Made by a program: the position numbers and the translations under genes. From assembly GCA_004764695.1 (NCBI GenBank), contig SMSO01000034.1, forward strand, positions 2,170,001 to 2,234,000: a stretch of 64,000 bases of DNA. Reading direction: 5' to 3'. The notes beneath the pieces are model-generated. The model worked only from the letters and a program-made list of their open reading frames with translations, was not told the origin of the DNA and did not search any database. Position 1 is the first letter of the stretch; each line of letters starts with the position of its first letter. The stretch is from Schizochytrium sp. TIO01. Its lineage: Eukaryota > Protista > Bigyra: Labyrinthulomycetes. Shown in pieces: positions 22,780 through 35,623 of the stretch.

Positions 22780-25700
22780 CTAACGCGAAGACTCACTGAA
22801 TCGATCACTTGAATGCTGCATTTGCTGCATGAGTGATTCTCCACCGTCTTCGTAACAATCAATACAACGACATTTACTTTCGATGTCACAAGCGCGAAGG
22901 GCATTGTGCGCCTTATAGGCTGTGCAGGAGCGACAGTAGACAAGATTACAGCCTCCACAGGTATGGCGAGTCAGGGAGCCAACCTTTTTATTGCAACGTG
23001 AGCAGCGGTGAATGTTAGCTTCGATCGACATGCTCCCAGGACCTGACATCATCATCTGTTTGCGAACTGACGAGGGGGGAGGAACTGAGCGCGTAGAGTC
23101 ACCTGTTATAGTCTTGACCTTTTCAAAGGACTGTGAGAGTGCTTTGTGAGTCCGTTTGCGAATCTTTAGGAGAGATCGTTTATTCCTAAACATCGGAGAT
23201 GCTGTATCTCCGGAGGCTGCGCTCGAATTTTCTGTATCGCTCTGCATCGAAGAGCTGTCGTGCAAAGTGGACCGAAAGGCGTTTACAACACGCTTGAGCA
23301 CAACATGGCGCTTGACAATCTCCCACTTGGACTCTGAAGTTGGCGACAGAGGAATAGGGATATGTCTGTCCGAGCCCTCAGGTTCGGTTTGAGTATCAAT
23401 AGGACGAATGACTCGTCCGGGCGCGGAGTGGCTGAGAAGAGGCGCATTATTTGCAAAGTTAGCGGCACGGTGTGAAACTTTTCCACCGTTACGACTGCGT
23501 GAACCTCCCAATCCATTCCGACTAAAGGTGGGGAAAGTTGCCTCGACAGCCCTACTTACAAGCGCGTGGTGTGGTGACCGTGGAGACATGGCATCCCCTA
23601 ACATTGAGGACGTATCGTAATCGTCCTCGGAGTTCTGATTGAGGTTGCGACGACGACTATTGCTCCGCTCGAGATAACGAATGACCGTGTTAACGAGGGC
23701 ATCGAAGCCGAGGCTTGTACCAAGATAAGATTTTAGCACGAGTGTGAATCGTTCGCGAAGACCACGGAGAATGCGAATTTTCTCGCGCGTGGGAATTTTC
23801 CCAAACATCATCATACCACCAGCAATCGACCCGGCAGCCATGATGCGGTAATAGTTGTCAATGATAAATGACAGGAAGTAAATGGGTGAGAGAATAATAT
23901 TCTGAAGCAGGATGAGAAGCATATCAAGAATGCTCACGCAAGACTTGGTGTTTGGGCGCATCGGAGGCGACTCTGAGGCTGGAGAGACCCCAATAAGGTT
24001 CCACGCCTCGATACGGTAAACATAGTCATACCGCGAATCTAGGTACTCGTCAACGGTTGTTGCCGAAAGACCTTCGTATATTGTGGTCCACATGTTCTCG
24101 TTTGCTTGACGGCGGAGGAGGCGATATTTGTGGATAGGGATTTCATCACTATGGCCCATAGAATGGCCAATAGGGGCCCAGTGGAGCTTAATTGTACCGC
24201 AGGAGTCTCCTTCCCGTGCCTCGAGATGAAAATGATGAGTAGGAGCCGTGCCTAGTCCCATAAAAAGCACGGAGATGGCTCGGGTGATGAGGTGCTGGTG
24301 ATGCGCATCGATAATTCCAAGGTCTGCAAGACGAGCATTAGCATCCTTTCCCATTAGCCTTGCGAGTTCAAACCCTGTGATTTCATGTTGAAGAAATATA
24401 TCTGCATATTGGGGCAGTTCCACAGCATGCGCGATCCAATCGGCAGTCTTTGTGGAGGTCATGAGTCGCTGCATACCTCTCCATCGAAGTTCAAATTCAC
24501 GGGGCAGAATGACATCGTCTTCATCACTGTCCATAGATCCTATACCTACTTGAGCGCCTCTATTTTTCAAGAAGCGACGCAATTCTTTCTCCTTGCGGGC
24601 CTCTTCAGCATTGTTCGTACCAGCGGACTCCCGAGCGATCGAGTCACTAAGGTGGTTCGCGAATTTACGTAGTTCCTGACCATCAATATCTCCATCCCCG
24701 TCAAGGTCAGCATCAGAGAAGACATCTTGCATCACATAGCCATTGGGCTCTGGTAAGGCTGCCTGACCATTATAGCTATTACTGGAGGCAAGGCGAGCTA
24801 CTTCGTTGCCCTTGATCAGGTTTTGCGTCACTAAGTCAAGGCTCGCATTGGCCTCGCAGATTACTGACAACTGTGGAGCGGCCGTCTTGGCATGGTGCTT
24901 ATCTTGGCCCCGGCTTCGTCCTTGATGCCGATAATGAGTAAATTGAATATCATCAGGAATATCATGAATCCCTTCATTTTCATCTCGATCCTCATCGTCT
25001 CCAGGGTGCTGGACGCTTGAAGTCTTGATGCATTCGGAAAAAACATACTTACTGCGTCCCACAACATTCCAGGCTTCCAGGCGCATTTCTACCTCACTAT
25101 GTTTGGGAAGATCCGTCACCGTAAACTTCTGGGTATCAAGATCATCCACAGTGCCCGCGAGTTGCCAAGGCGTGATTTTTCCAGTTGCCTTGCTCGTTAG
25201 CCTCACAAAAAGTCTTATCCTATGCACAGGAAGCCTTCGTGACATCTTCGGCATTGGCTTAGTAAATTCATTATCGAACTCTTCTACCGAATCTCCCGTC
25301 GTAGAATATCTTGATTTTCTCGAAGTTGATTTTTCCGAATTCATCGATGACTTCTCAGCATCATGTGCATCACCTCCTCGAGGATCCATCTCCTCCCGTA
25401 GGTCCTCTTGGGTATCTCCATCAAAACCCTTGTCCTCTGGATTGAACCTCCAGCTAACCTCAACTTCAGATGGTCGCGTCATTTTGCAATCTACCTGAGG
25501 TGTTATTGGTAGGTCCCCCATGCCCAGGAGCCTTACAGAAATGGCTCGTTGGATCTGTCGCACATGCAATCTTGAATTGACGCCAAGATCACCAAGAAAA
25601 TCTGGGTTTTCAAGGAACATGGGAAGATCGAACCCCTTGACACTGTTCTCTTTAAAGGCAGATTTGTAGCGGGGCAAAAGCACAGCGTTCTCGACCCAGT

Positions 25701-26157
25701 CCGCGACTTCCTCGGGTGTAGCAAGAGAGGTGAGGCGGCGCCAGTGGTCCGAGAGCTCGCCAGCCTGCACGCCGGAGGGGTCACGGTCAACGTTGAGGCG
25801 GTCCACTGAGCCAGCTCCAGAGCTGGCGCCGTCAAGATCCGCAGCGCCATACCTCAGAGCAGCCCTCGAGAGCTCCCCTGCGGACAGCGACCCGTCAGCG
25901 TCAAGATCTACGCGCTTGAAGAACGAAGAGGAGGCAAGCTCCTGGTCAGAAATCTCGCCGTCTCCGTCGGCGTCCAGAGACCGCGGCTTCTCCGGCTCAC
26001 GAGCTGCGCCATGACGCTCAGGACGCAACTCACGATGAATTTCATCGACCTTGTGAACCTCGGCACTCGCAGTCGCAGCGACCGACAAGAATAAAACGAC
26101 CGCAAAAGCGGCGAAAAGTAACGCCAGAGGCGCCACCACAGTTCGGCCGCCCGCCAT
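22780..26157 (-). CDS. STIM-like type I membrane protein: signal peptide, (EF-hands-SAM-FN3) x2, TM, cytosolic tail ending in a FYVE-like zinc finger
   Basis: Signal peptide LALLFAAFAVVLFLSVAATASA. EF loops DADGDGEISDQE, DLDADGSLSAGE, DLDGDGDIDGQE. STIM-type SAMs VADWVENAVLLPRY and TADWIAHAVELPQY. FN3 ends RLEAWNVVGRS and YRIEAWNLIGVS. TM ILDMLLILL..IYFLSFII. C-terminal CSRC..RHTCGGC..YCRSC..CIDC. First ATG at 26157. Confidence 0.85.
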   Translation of the reverse strand: MAGGRTVVAPLALLFAAFAVVLFLSVAATASAEVHKVDEIHRELRPERHGAAREPEKPRSLDADGDGEISDQELASSSFFKRVDLDADGSLSAGELSRAALRYGAADLDGASSGAGSVDRLNVDRDPSGVQAGELSDHWRRLTSLATPEEVADWVENAVLLPRYKSAFKENSVKGFDLPMFLENPDFLGDLGVNSRLHVRQIQRAISVRLLGMGDLPITPQVDCKMTRPSEVEVSWRFNPEDKGFDGDTQEDLREEMDPRGGDAHDAEKSSMNSEKSTSRKSRYSTTGDSVEEFDNEFTKPMPKMSRRLPVHRIRLFVRLTSKATGKITPWQLAGTVDDLDTQKFTVTDLPKHSEVEMRLEAWNVVGRSKYVFSECIKTSSVQHPGDDEDRDENEGIHDIPDDIQFTHYRHQGRSRGQDKHHAKTAAPQLSVICEANASLDLVTQNLIKGNEVARLASSNSYNGQAALPEPNGYVMQDVFSDADLDGDGDIDGQELRKFANHLSDSIARESAGTNNAEEARKEKELRRFLKNRGAQVGIGSMDSDEDDVILPREFELRWRGMQRLMTSTKTADWIAHAVELPQYADIFLQHEITGFELARLMGKDANARLADLGIIDAHHQHLITRAISVLFMGLGTAPTHHFHLEAREGDSCGTIKLHWAPIGHSMGHSDEIPIHKYRLLRRQANENMWTTIYEGLSATTVDEYLDSRYDYVYRIEAWNLIGVSPASESPPMRPNTKSCVSILDMLLILLQNIILSPIYFLSFIIDNYYRIMAAGSIAGGMMMFGKIPTREKIRILRGLRERFTLVLKSYLGTSLGFDALVNTVIRYLERSNSRRRNLNQNSEDDYDTSSMLGDAMSPRSPHHALVSRAVEATFPTFSRNGLGGSRSRNGGKVSHRAANFANNAPLLSHSAPGRVIRPIDTQTEPEGSDRHIPIPLSPTSESKWEIVKRHVVLKRVVNAFRSTLHDSSSMQSDTENSSAASGDTASPMFRNKRSLLKIRKRTHKALSQSFEKVKTITGDSTRSVPPPSSVRKQMMMSGPGSMSIEANIHRCSRCNKKVGSLTRHTCGGCNLVYCRSCTAYKAHNALRACDIESKCRCIDCYEDGGESLMQQMQHSSDRFSESSR

Positions 26158-27454
26158 GGTGCAGCGGCGGCGGCGCTGTTTGGAGTTTGCCAAAGTAGGC
26201 CATCATGTCCGCTGAATTTGACCGCCGTCAATAGCACCTGTCAGTGCCTCGCCGCAAGCAAACGCGCAAAACAGCATCTCGAGACGCTCGGGCGTGCGGG
26301 TGTAATGCTCAATCAATGTCGCTAATATCCAGCTTGCAGCATAAGGTGACGCTCAGGCAGCTAGCTGGCAACGGCTCCGTGGCCATGATGAAGTTCATCA
26401 GCACAAACGGCGAAATCAGGTGCTTCGTGGGGATTTGAAGATGGAGAGGTTGAGACAAAAGGAAGTCGAGCTATGGTGCGAGCAGGTAGCAAGGAGATCC
26501 ATGTTGAGACAGGGTCTTCAGATTCCTGCGGAGTTTTCTGGCGAGGCGGCATCATTTTTCTTCTTGTAATTGTAGTAGTAGTTCTGTGGTTTTTTATTAT
26601 AAACAAGAGAGAAAGTGGAGTCCAATGAGGAATTCGGATGCCTTTGAAGCACGGCAGGAGCTTTTTGCCAGGACTAAAGCACAGCTGCAGAGATGTGCAA
26701 AGATGTACGCAGATATCGATACCTGGCAAACATGTCGGAGATGAGCTTTGAACGTGATGTTGGGCTCTCCAACATTAATGTCCGCCTTTGTGTGCCTATG
26801 TGTAACACATGAGTCCTTGAAAATGCATTCAGTGAATTTCACCTGGTGAAGCTTGTCTGAGCTATCTTTATACATGCTACTTGAACTTCTCACAGAGTAG
26901 CCCTACTGAGAAGAGGTTGTATCTCCAATTAATAGAAGTGCAAGCTGTAGTTTGATGAGGCTACATCTGTTAGATCTATGTCTCAATAGTCTGGTTTGAG
27001 CCTTGGCTTGAAGTATTGTTTTGCCTTGGCTCTTGGCCCTGGTCCTCGCTCATCCTGATTCTCGTCCTTGATTAGGGCTCGATTAGGTGTTTGGTTCTCG
27101 TTGATCTTTTGCAAAATTATACGCTGGGTCTGGCGTTTTTAAATTCAGATCCAAAGACTAGTGTGTCAGAATACCTGTTGAGAGACCTGTTGAATCTAAA
27201 GGTCACACGGACTTCTGATATGCCGCCTCTTACTTAAAGGAAAATTGTGCGCAACGTTGATCAAACTCAACCTCTTGCATAATTTATATTCTACGAATAG
27301 TAAATTATGCTAACTCATCTCAGAGTTATCCCCTTGACATGTTCAGCAACATATTAATCCATGCTAAAGGCAGCTTGTCTGTGTCCTCAACAACCCTTCC
27401 ACCTTGTACTATGCTCGAGCCTCAAGTAATGTGCGTTCCCTATGGTGAGGTCTG

Positions 27455-28069
27455 GTGAAAGGCTTCTGCCACTGTTATTGCTATTTTCTGAGGCGCAATG
27501 CTGGAAGTAAGCTGAGAGCTCTTCAAGACTCACTGCCGTACATCGTTGCGCAGTTCCCGTATCGAGGTGGGCTTGAAGGTGTTATTGAAGAGTACCCGAT
27601 GGGCCAATACTCGATCTCAGCGCGCGCAGTGACATACGGTGTCGAATATGTTGCCAAGGTGATGACTCCCAAGGACAACTTTAAAGAGTATGGGAGGGAT
27701 GCGATCGCAAGTTTTGAGAATTAAAAGGCTGTGTACGAGGAACTGCGGCCGCTGATGGGCATTCACGTCCTGTTCTACTTGTTCGGTGGGAGGCACATGT
27801 TGAACGATTTACTCATTGCAGTCACGTACCACGATGACGCGCTTTCTCGGCTACCGAGAGTCCAATCACAACTGACATTAAGCACAGCTCTGTCAGCTGT
27901 GCACGAGTGTGGCGTTGCGCACAATGATGTTCGATTGAACAACTTTGTCGTTGACACCAATCAAGTGGTGAGGGTGATTGACTTCGGCATGGCATCGATT
28001 GGAGCAAGTGATACGATGATCGCCGGTGATAATGCCACTTTTGACATACTATTTGCGTTTGTTTCTTAA
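27455..28069 (+). pseudogene. Protein-kinase-like pseudogene (minimal kinase of the kind found in Crinkler/CRN-type effectors), in-frame stop at 27722-27724
   Basis: ORFs 27455..27724 and 27731..28069 are in the same frame: YVAKV..SFEN*KAVYEEL..VHECGVAHNDVRLNNFVV..VRVIDFGMA. The TAA falls where the helix-C Glu (GAA) is expected. No clear ATG start. Confidence 0.75.
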
Positions 28070-31000
28070 AACAAGCTAACAAGTAAACATTTAAGTTTAT
28101 TAGTTTGCAGTTGAAATCAAACTTTTAATGAGGTGGGACGCGGTGGGAACTCACCGCCCAAATACGCACATATTTCTGGGAAGTGGCGGGTTGTGATTCG
28201 AGCATGCACGAAAACATTGCGCAACATCGGCCTATCATAAAGCTTTGGTCCAGAAGGGAAGAATTTCGTCGCAACACGCACGCGTGAACGTATGCTTGCT
28301 AGCATTTCTCTTCAAAAACTCCGAGTACAGCTTGATAGGAACTGTTTCCCTTCGAACAGGAATGTGTGGTCCTAATGCGTTTTAAGCCCGCATTTGTCCA
28401 TAAAAAGGCCCCGTCGTCATTTATTAAGACAGCTCCCCGAGGTGGGATTGCTATTAAATAATGGAAGACTGTATTTTGGTCATAAAAATTGTTTTGAGAG
28501 GTTTAAGCTTGGAAATGCAAGAGCTGGTCACCTGCCGAGGATAACAATTACCTATGTTGGTAATATACATACATAACTCAGATAGTACTACTACTAGCAT
28601 ATTCATTTCAAGTTTGATAGTTTTGAAGAAATATGTTCTACGAGTGGAGCTGATCATTTTGATGGAAGCACTGGAAAAGAAAATTTGCATGCTGCCTGTA
28701 CATGTTCAATTTCCTTACTCCATGAATGTGACTTCTATAGTAACTGGTATAGTAATACACTGGAATCGATCTATTCATCAGCTCGAAGGTCCACGAGTAA
28801 ATTTGCTACGATCTTATAAGAGCCAAATATACCAACATCCAAATGTAGGCCCCATTTCTTTTCATTCAGCGGAGCGGTGCCAATGCGCAAAGAAAGTTAT
28901 TTTATTTGAGGCTGTAATGGTTTGCTAACTCGAATCATAAGATTCAATTCATAATACCAAGTTCTGAACTTGCATCAAATACCAAATGATCATTCCAACT
29001 CATCGATCCTTGCTAGCCGCTTTAGTCCGAGCACACCACCACACGAGCAAAAAACTGCAACTGCAAGAGTAGTAACTTCGTTGTAAGGAATGTAAGTTCT
29101 GCCAGCGAGGGTGTTGTTTAGGCTCTGAGACGTGCTGCAAATCCTAGCAATTGATTGATGTGTATGCTCTACAACCAAGCTCAGTCTACAACCACGATAA
29201 GAAAGTTCTGATCACGGCTGTGAGTATCGGACAACTCGAGTGTCCGATGAAGCATGTCTTCTGAAGTGATTTGATGTGTTAGACTCGGACATCCAAACTT
29301 TTAACAACCGTGACGGCACTTGGGGTGTGCACATTCATAAGTTTTAGTCTGAAGTGTTTTATCAGGTACTTAGGTACTTGGTAGGTCGTCCGCATCAAGT
29401 TTTACATTTTCACCCTAGCTAGCAATAGGTACCTGGTAGCCAATTCTAAACAACAAAATTAAATTGACTGTAAAGTGTTTTTTAAATGTGTTTTTTATTT
29501 ATTTTTTACAAAATCGAGAAAAAATAAAAAGAGTACTTTCTTTTTCATTATAAAACTTATGATTTAAGTTGATGGGCCTACAATTGTGATCCTAAGTGGA
29601 ATTTGGGAGTCGCAGAATTGGAACCTTCGTAATGCATTGAGAGGGCCGTCAGTCTTTGGGCCTTCCCTTTTGGCCATGGCAGTTGGTTCTCTTCTTTCGA
29701 GTAGGCACACTCCTTCAGGAGTTCTCCAACGCACACGATTGTTTTCGTAGACTCGTAGAAATTGCAAAGTGCTACTAGTGTATAACCTACAAACAGAGCC
29801 GTCCATGGCCAGTTCCCCAGCCTTTGGAAACCCCGTCGACGACCTACGGTAGCATTGCTGTGACTCTGATTCAGCTCCTTCAAAGCTGGCACAGAATCTC
29901 TGCTGTGCAGATGTTTTGCTTTTGTCTTCCGCGAAGTTGTTTCGCATCCAAATCAATCAGTCGATGCTACGATTCGAGCTCCTTTTCACGGTACATGAGT
30001 GAATCGAATCATCGAAACCATTTGAGAACTCCAGGAGTCTATGTTTGGCAACAAAAGGTCAAGCTTCTGTTCAGTGGCGTCTTTCTGCTGCCAAGCCTCC
30101 CATTCATTATTGCGCGGCTGCCGAGAGAGCGATAGCGAGAGAAATCACCTAACATTTCTGGCAAGGTGATGTAATCCCTGAAGTTATCCAGGTATAACAT
30201 TGGAGTTAGAGAACCCAGCAATCGGTTTCTTCAATGAATAATAGTCGAACTATTGGCAAGCCGATTCCAAAACATTCCATTTCACTCACCCAAGCTCATG
30301 ATCTTGGAGGATCCTTCATCACTTTGTCACCCACCAAAACGTGCACTGCAAAGGGAACCAACCTTGGGCAGTCATCATAAGGTGTGCCCAAATAACAAGA
30401 AACAGCTCGGATCGTGGCGACGGCGGCGACGCTTCGCTCAGAGTGCACCTTCAGGACCTGAGCCTTGACGCCTTGGGCCAGAACTTGAAGGTTCCCACTC
30501 CGCAATCAACTCAATTTCTCCCCTCCACGGTCCTCATCGTCTAGCCCCAGGACCGACTTTGTCCGAGGCCTTTTCGTCTCCAGGAGGGACAGAGCTTCAA
30601 GGCAGTGAGTGCTCAACTTTCTGCTGCTTCTCTGCCTCGAAGAAGTAGTCGTGTACTGTTGTGAGTGAGTGAGTACGTGAGTACGTGTGTGCTCCATCTT
30701 GAAAATAACTTAGAAACGTGCTCTCTCATCGGCACGGAGCAGAACCTTCAGGAGAACGCTAGGCGCCTTAGGAGTCGCTTAGCCGTGCAAGTGCCAAGTT
30801 TACACTTTCACGTGCTAGACTTTGCTTTTTTGCGAAGCAGAGACTATCAATCAACGAAGAATCGAATCAGTCGATAAGGAAGAAGGTAGTCAACCAGGTA
30901 GGTAGGTAGGTACGAGTAACAGGATAGTCGTAGACAATGGGCTCTGGTCTCTTCTCGCATTGGAGTAAAATAGTGCAAATGGTAGCTGTGACGGCCTTTG

Positions 31001-31245
31001 AGGCTAGTACCCTTCCTTGCTAGTTGCCAGGGGAGCCAATAGTGCAGGCTGGGCAAACCCGAAACCTGTCTGGGTAGCGAAATTGCTCGTTCACTTACTT
31101 TGGGCTACTTGCGTGCATAACAGGCAGGCAGGTAGGCAGGCAAGAGGTTCTCCAGCGCAACCAACGGACGAAGTAAGAAACAACCACAGGTCACACAGCG
31201 TGACCAGCAAAGACGGAGTGGTTGTGACCTGAAAAGGAGCCAAAA

Positions 31246-32380
31246 ATGTCATTGTTGCAGCGGCTAAGGAACTCTCTAAAGAGCCCGTACAGTCTGTCAA
31301 GCACAGATGATGATGTGACGCTTGTGATCGATTTCCGGATGAGCGAAAAAGCATTTGCAAGCTCGGACCCCAGCGCGTATGCGATTGCGGCTGATGAGCA
31401 GCGCAAGGTCTTTATAGAATTCATTGACCCTCTGCAATACAACCTTCAGAAGGAAAGATTCATTGAGACTATTCCCTGGGAAGGCATCCCCGAAAATTGG
31501 ACCGTGACCTTCACCACGATTGTGAGCAATCTCGAAGTGTGGGATGCAAGCCTTTATGGCCCAGATGCTACCATGCCTGATTTCGTCTATGTTATGGCAT
31601 TCCGGGGATATGAGACCCTTGTTTCGGCGCTTATCACATCAGAGAGGACATGCATTTTGCAAGCCTCAACACATCGCTTTCATGGTCTCCCTACGCAACC
31701 GCATATTCTGAGGGATCTTACTGAAACGCCAGCAGGAAGGCTTTCGCTTTCAAAATATGGAAATTTTCATGATTAATTTTGATTTTCCAGAGGAGATTTT
31801 CGGTGGAAGCCCCGAATGCGGCGCTGGAGGACAAGACGGTGGTCATAACACGATTGTACATGCTCTTGAAAGATTTGGTACTTCCCTTGAGGATATCGAA
31901 ACCCTCCGATTTATAGGCTCAAAGAGTGTTGATCCGGTCATGCGAATCAATGGAGAAGAACATATTCTTCGTGGCTTGCTCTCCAAGCCGCATCGTGGGT
32001 CCCTTCGTAGTCTCGAGGTTACGGCGCTTGGCGAGTCCTTTATTGACAACGTTTTTCTTGATCCCACTCTGCACGCAAAGTTCCGGCATCTCGAAACACT
32101 CGTCATTCCGCACCTTTTTAGGTTTGATGATGCTAAATTAGGCGAGGAAGAGGACCTTTTGCATCTCGTAAAGAACCTTGGCATTCGAGATTTTCACCCA
32201 GACGACGATCTTTCGATGTTAAAGGATGTACTCACACGGCCGGATGTGCGTATCAAGACGTTGCAAGTTAGTGTTGTGGACAAAGCCACAGCTGAAGATA
32301 TTGCCAATTCTTCTTTAAGCCTCAACCACCTTGGGGTTGGGGACTCTTCAGTTTTCGGACCACTTCCCTCCATGTGCTGA
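31246..32380 (+). pseudogene. Frameshifted or truncated gene of unknown function; C-terminal part has LRR-like Leu spacing
   Basis: Two overlapping ORFs (31246..31776 and 31757..32380) in different frames with coding-like composition. LRR-like stretches LRSLEVT, FRHLETLVI, IKTLQV, LNHLGV. An intron is not excluded. Confidence 0.45.
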
Positions 32381-32652
32381 GTTACTGTGCGCTCCTAATG
32401 GAGTCTCATTTGTCATATCCTACGAGCTCGCTGTCAAAAACAAAAAGTGACCGACCTTTAAAATTCTGAACATATCCTTTTATTTCACATAGATAAAACA
32501 AGGAATTATTTTCAACTACCCAGAGGACCATTCTACATTATTCTTTTTGTAGAGCAGAAGAACAGTTGTGTTTGCAAAAACATCTGAAATGTTATTATCT
32601 GAATTTTCCTTTTTTCTTTTTCCTTTTTTTTTTTGCAAGCTTCCTAATTTTG

Positions 32653-33637
32653 TCATAGGCCTCGTAGCACGCTAAAGCAAACCAAAACTACAACTAAGAT
32701 CATTGAAGCTGCTAATCTGTTAATTCCACCTATCACTGTAGGGCTAGGTGTAGTTGGGCTTGTTGGGGTATTTGTTGGTGCATTGGTTGGTGCTGCAGTA
32801 AAATTACATAACGCCGCTACAGTCGAAAATTGAGATGAAAAGTCAATAAGTTTGGATGCATCCAATTCGGTGCTTGTGAGAAATTGGTCAGAGCATGCCT
32901 CGCCATTTCCAACGCATTCCTCGGTCTTAGTTCGGAAGAATATTCAGTGTCTTTTGTGGTCCAGCTGTAGAAGGGTTCTGTTAATGAAGTTTTCACACAA
33001 TTCTGCATCATCTTCACTTGCAAAAAGGTCCTCGTCAAATTCTCGAAGGCGCACTTGACCATCGTTGTAGAAGCCTGTAAATGGATCAATATCGTAGGTA
33101 TTAAACGCGAGTCCACACTCTAAACCTGGGTCGGTCTCTTGAAAGTATTCACACTTCGTCTGTAACAGAGCTTAATGAGGTTCCATACTTATAACCCATT
33201 TGTACAGTGTAAAAGATTGTAAACACGCAAAGACGCACACCCATGTATGTGACCAACTGGACATCAGTCCAGTCTCCATTGCGCTTAGATGACAACGATT
33301 CGAGTAGCTCGGCGTTGGCGTCTAGCTCGCATACAAACATATTCCATAGTCCAGCTTGCGAAAGACACGGCTCAATGTAGCTTGATGACACAATTTCTGA
33401 AACAATTGCAGCAAAATCAACTGTCTCTGTGGTTTTTCTAGAAATTCTAGACTTATCCGGATCAACATCGTCAATCTGAAGAAGCTGCCTCCGAAAAGTA
33501 TCGGCATCTGGCTTTTCCTCTCTAAACATTGCATCGCACATCATCCGCATTGTATCTTGGAGGCTAGGCCCATTTGCGTTAGATGGGTATACGAAGGAAA
33601 AAGTAACCAAAATAACAACAAGGACAGTGGCTCTCAT
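32653..33637 (-). pseudogene. Secreted/GPI-type Cys-containing protein family, paralogue A (about 3 frameshifts)
   Basis: Signal peptide MRATVLVVILVTFSFVYP; SSYIEPCLSQAGLWNMFVCELDAN; TYMGVRL. After TDEV the homology continues in other frames (EYFQETDPGLECGL; TKDTEYSSEL; LDASKLIDFSSQFSTVAALCNFTAAP plus a hydrophobic tail). Confidence 0.85.
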
Positions 33638-35623
33638 GCTGTAATTCTCTAACAGTGCCTGCAATTTGATTTGGGGCCATTTGGTTACTGATTTGCTCAT
33701 CCCCCAACTGAGAGCTGTCTAGTTCCCTGCAAGTTCGCGTGCTGTTCCACAACGAAGGGCTGTTTTCTTCTTTTTAACCTCCCCTCGATTTTCAAAAACG
33801 TTGAAATATTTCCCCAAATAATACATGAATGTTTGAACAACCAATCATATTTCTATCCGAGACACAAGCCCAAGTAGAATCCATCCCGCCCCGTCACGTT
33901 AGAAGAAAAGTCTCGAAATCGAAGTTTTTCAGCAACGGTGAAGGCCTTCCATGGCGCAGAAGAATATCGTCAAATGTTCTCTTGATGTTTTCTCAAAATA
34001 AATGGATGACAGTAATAATTCATCGCTAAATCAGTCAGAGAAGTGTTGTGCGAGAGTTCATGGGATTTCCTACATGGCTGGTGTAGGCTCAATAATCTAT
34101 GACGACTTCCTGTGCACTTCCTGAACATAATATTTTCTGACTATAATAAAGTAACTGTTTTACTTCGTAACGAACAAACTCAAGAAAACTAAGGCCTCTG
34201 GCTATGCGTTGAAGTAGCAACGAAAAGAACGAACTCGCCAACAAACACTCGTAGGGCAAACTTTCGTACCTCATTCATTTTTTTGTTTTGTTTTAACTGA
34301 GGGAACGTATCAGCATTAATATCCAACAGCCGTTGACTGATCTATAGAGATTAGGCCTCTCTTTCCCTGTGGTCTGACTCGTTTTCTTTTTGTAAAGGTT
34401 GAAACTGGGAAAGCTCATGGCCAAACTATGTCTTCAAGCTTATACATGTTTTTTCCGTGAAGCACAATATCAACCATCATGAAAGTTCTTGTATATTCTA
34501 TCATGTCTGAACACTAAGACACCGCAACTTACGTTCGTGGCCATTTTTCTTTAATATGGGAGGGGGGTAGATATGCAATCAGAAGCACTCAAGGCATGGA
34601 AGTATAGCTTGATTCCACGAAACAGTTCAGAGCGTGTGTAGGGTATCTAGGCAGGTACGTACTTCACTTGAGAAGTGGGAGATAAAATTTATACCCTCTC
34701 GCTAGTCAAAGGTAATGAGTTATTGTTTTATTAACTTGGGAAAAAAACTCAGCCCGAACAATCACTCAGTATGCAAACACCCACCAATAGCACGGTATGA
34801 GTGATATGCTTTGATTTCAAATTTCGCCAAAGTCAAAGGATTCATAGCAGTACCCTCTGACTAGTGGTAAGTGGTCGGTAACAAACAATCAACCAACGTT
34901 CGTTTGTTCTAGTACAACACAATGTATTCTTGCAGCCGGACTTCTAATTTCTCTTTTCCTTTTCTTACCAAGTCAATGTCGAATGTATAGTACAATTCTG
35001 ATCGCTATCAGAGCCAGAATTACATTGTGAGAGCATCACCAGACCTGTGTTGTTTCTCTTTATCTCTATACAATAACACAACAAATCTTTTTGTCTACTA
35101 GTCTGTATATAGTCATGCACTGAATGAAGTATTATAACATTATAACAATGTTGCCTATGTCGGCGCGTGCACGCGAGAAGTTGCTTCATCCCGTAAGAGG
35201 AAGAAGCAGAGGAAGAAGAAGAAGTATCATATCTGCCAACGACAGCTCATAGGGGGTTTTGTATACGAAGTTGAAATACAATATATGGACCATTAGGTTG
35301 TATGTGGTAGAATGTGTAGAACGACCCAGCTCAAACCCTCGAAGCACTCACATTAGAAAGAGAGAAACCCTAATGACGAACTAGTCTGATTATCACGTGA
35401 TCCGATGAATGGTAGGTACCTACGTACAGCTGAATTTAAGCTGAAGGCTACCAATATCACCTACATTATTAGTGAGCAAAACCGTCACAAATATTGCCTT
35501 ATCGAATCCTATAGAGCAATGCAGTGTACTACCAGTGTACTTCCCATATGAAATTGTACATCAGATCTTGGGACCAGCAAAACCAAATCGTGTAACACCA
35601 ACACTAGAAAAATATAGGAATCA

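Noticed and set aside
26361-27110. Coding-like minus-strand fragments upstream of the STIM-like gene
   Set aside because: Multiple stops and no identifiable homology.
28140-28157. GC-rich hairpin gcggtgggaactcaccgc as a possible Helitron 3' end or terminator
   Set aside because: No CTRR terminus at the expected distance and only a single occurrence.
29564-30697. Chain of short minus-strand ORFs (30506..30697 and 30296..30505 in the same frame) suggesting a decayed gene
   Set aside because: No recognisable motif; cannot support a product call.
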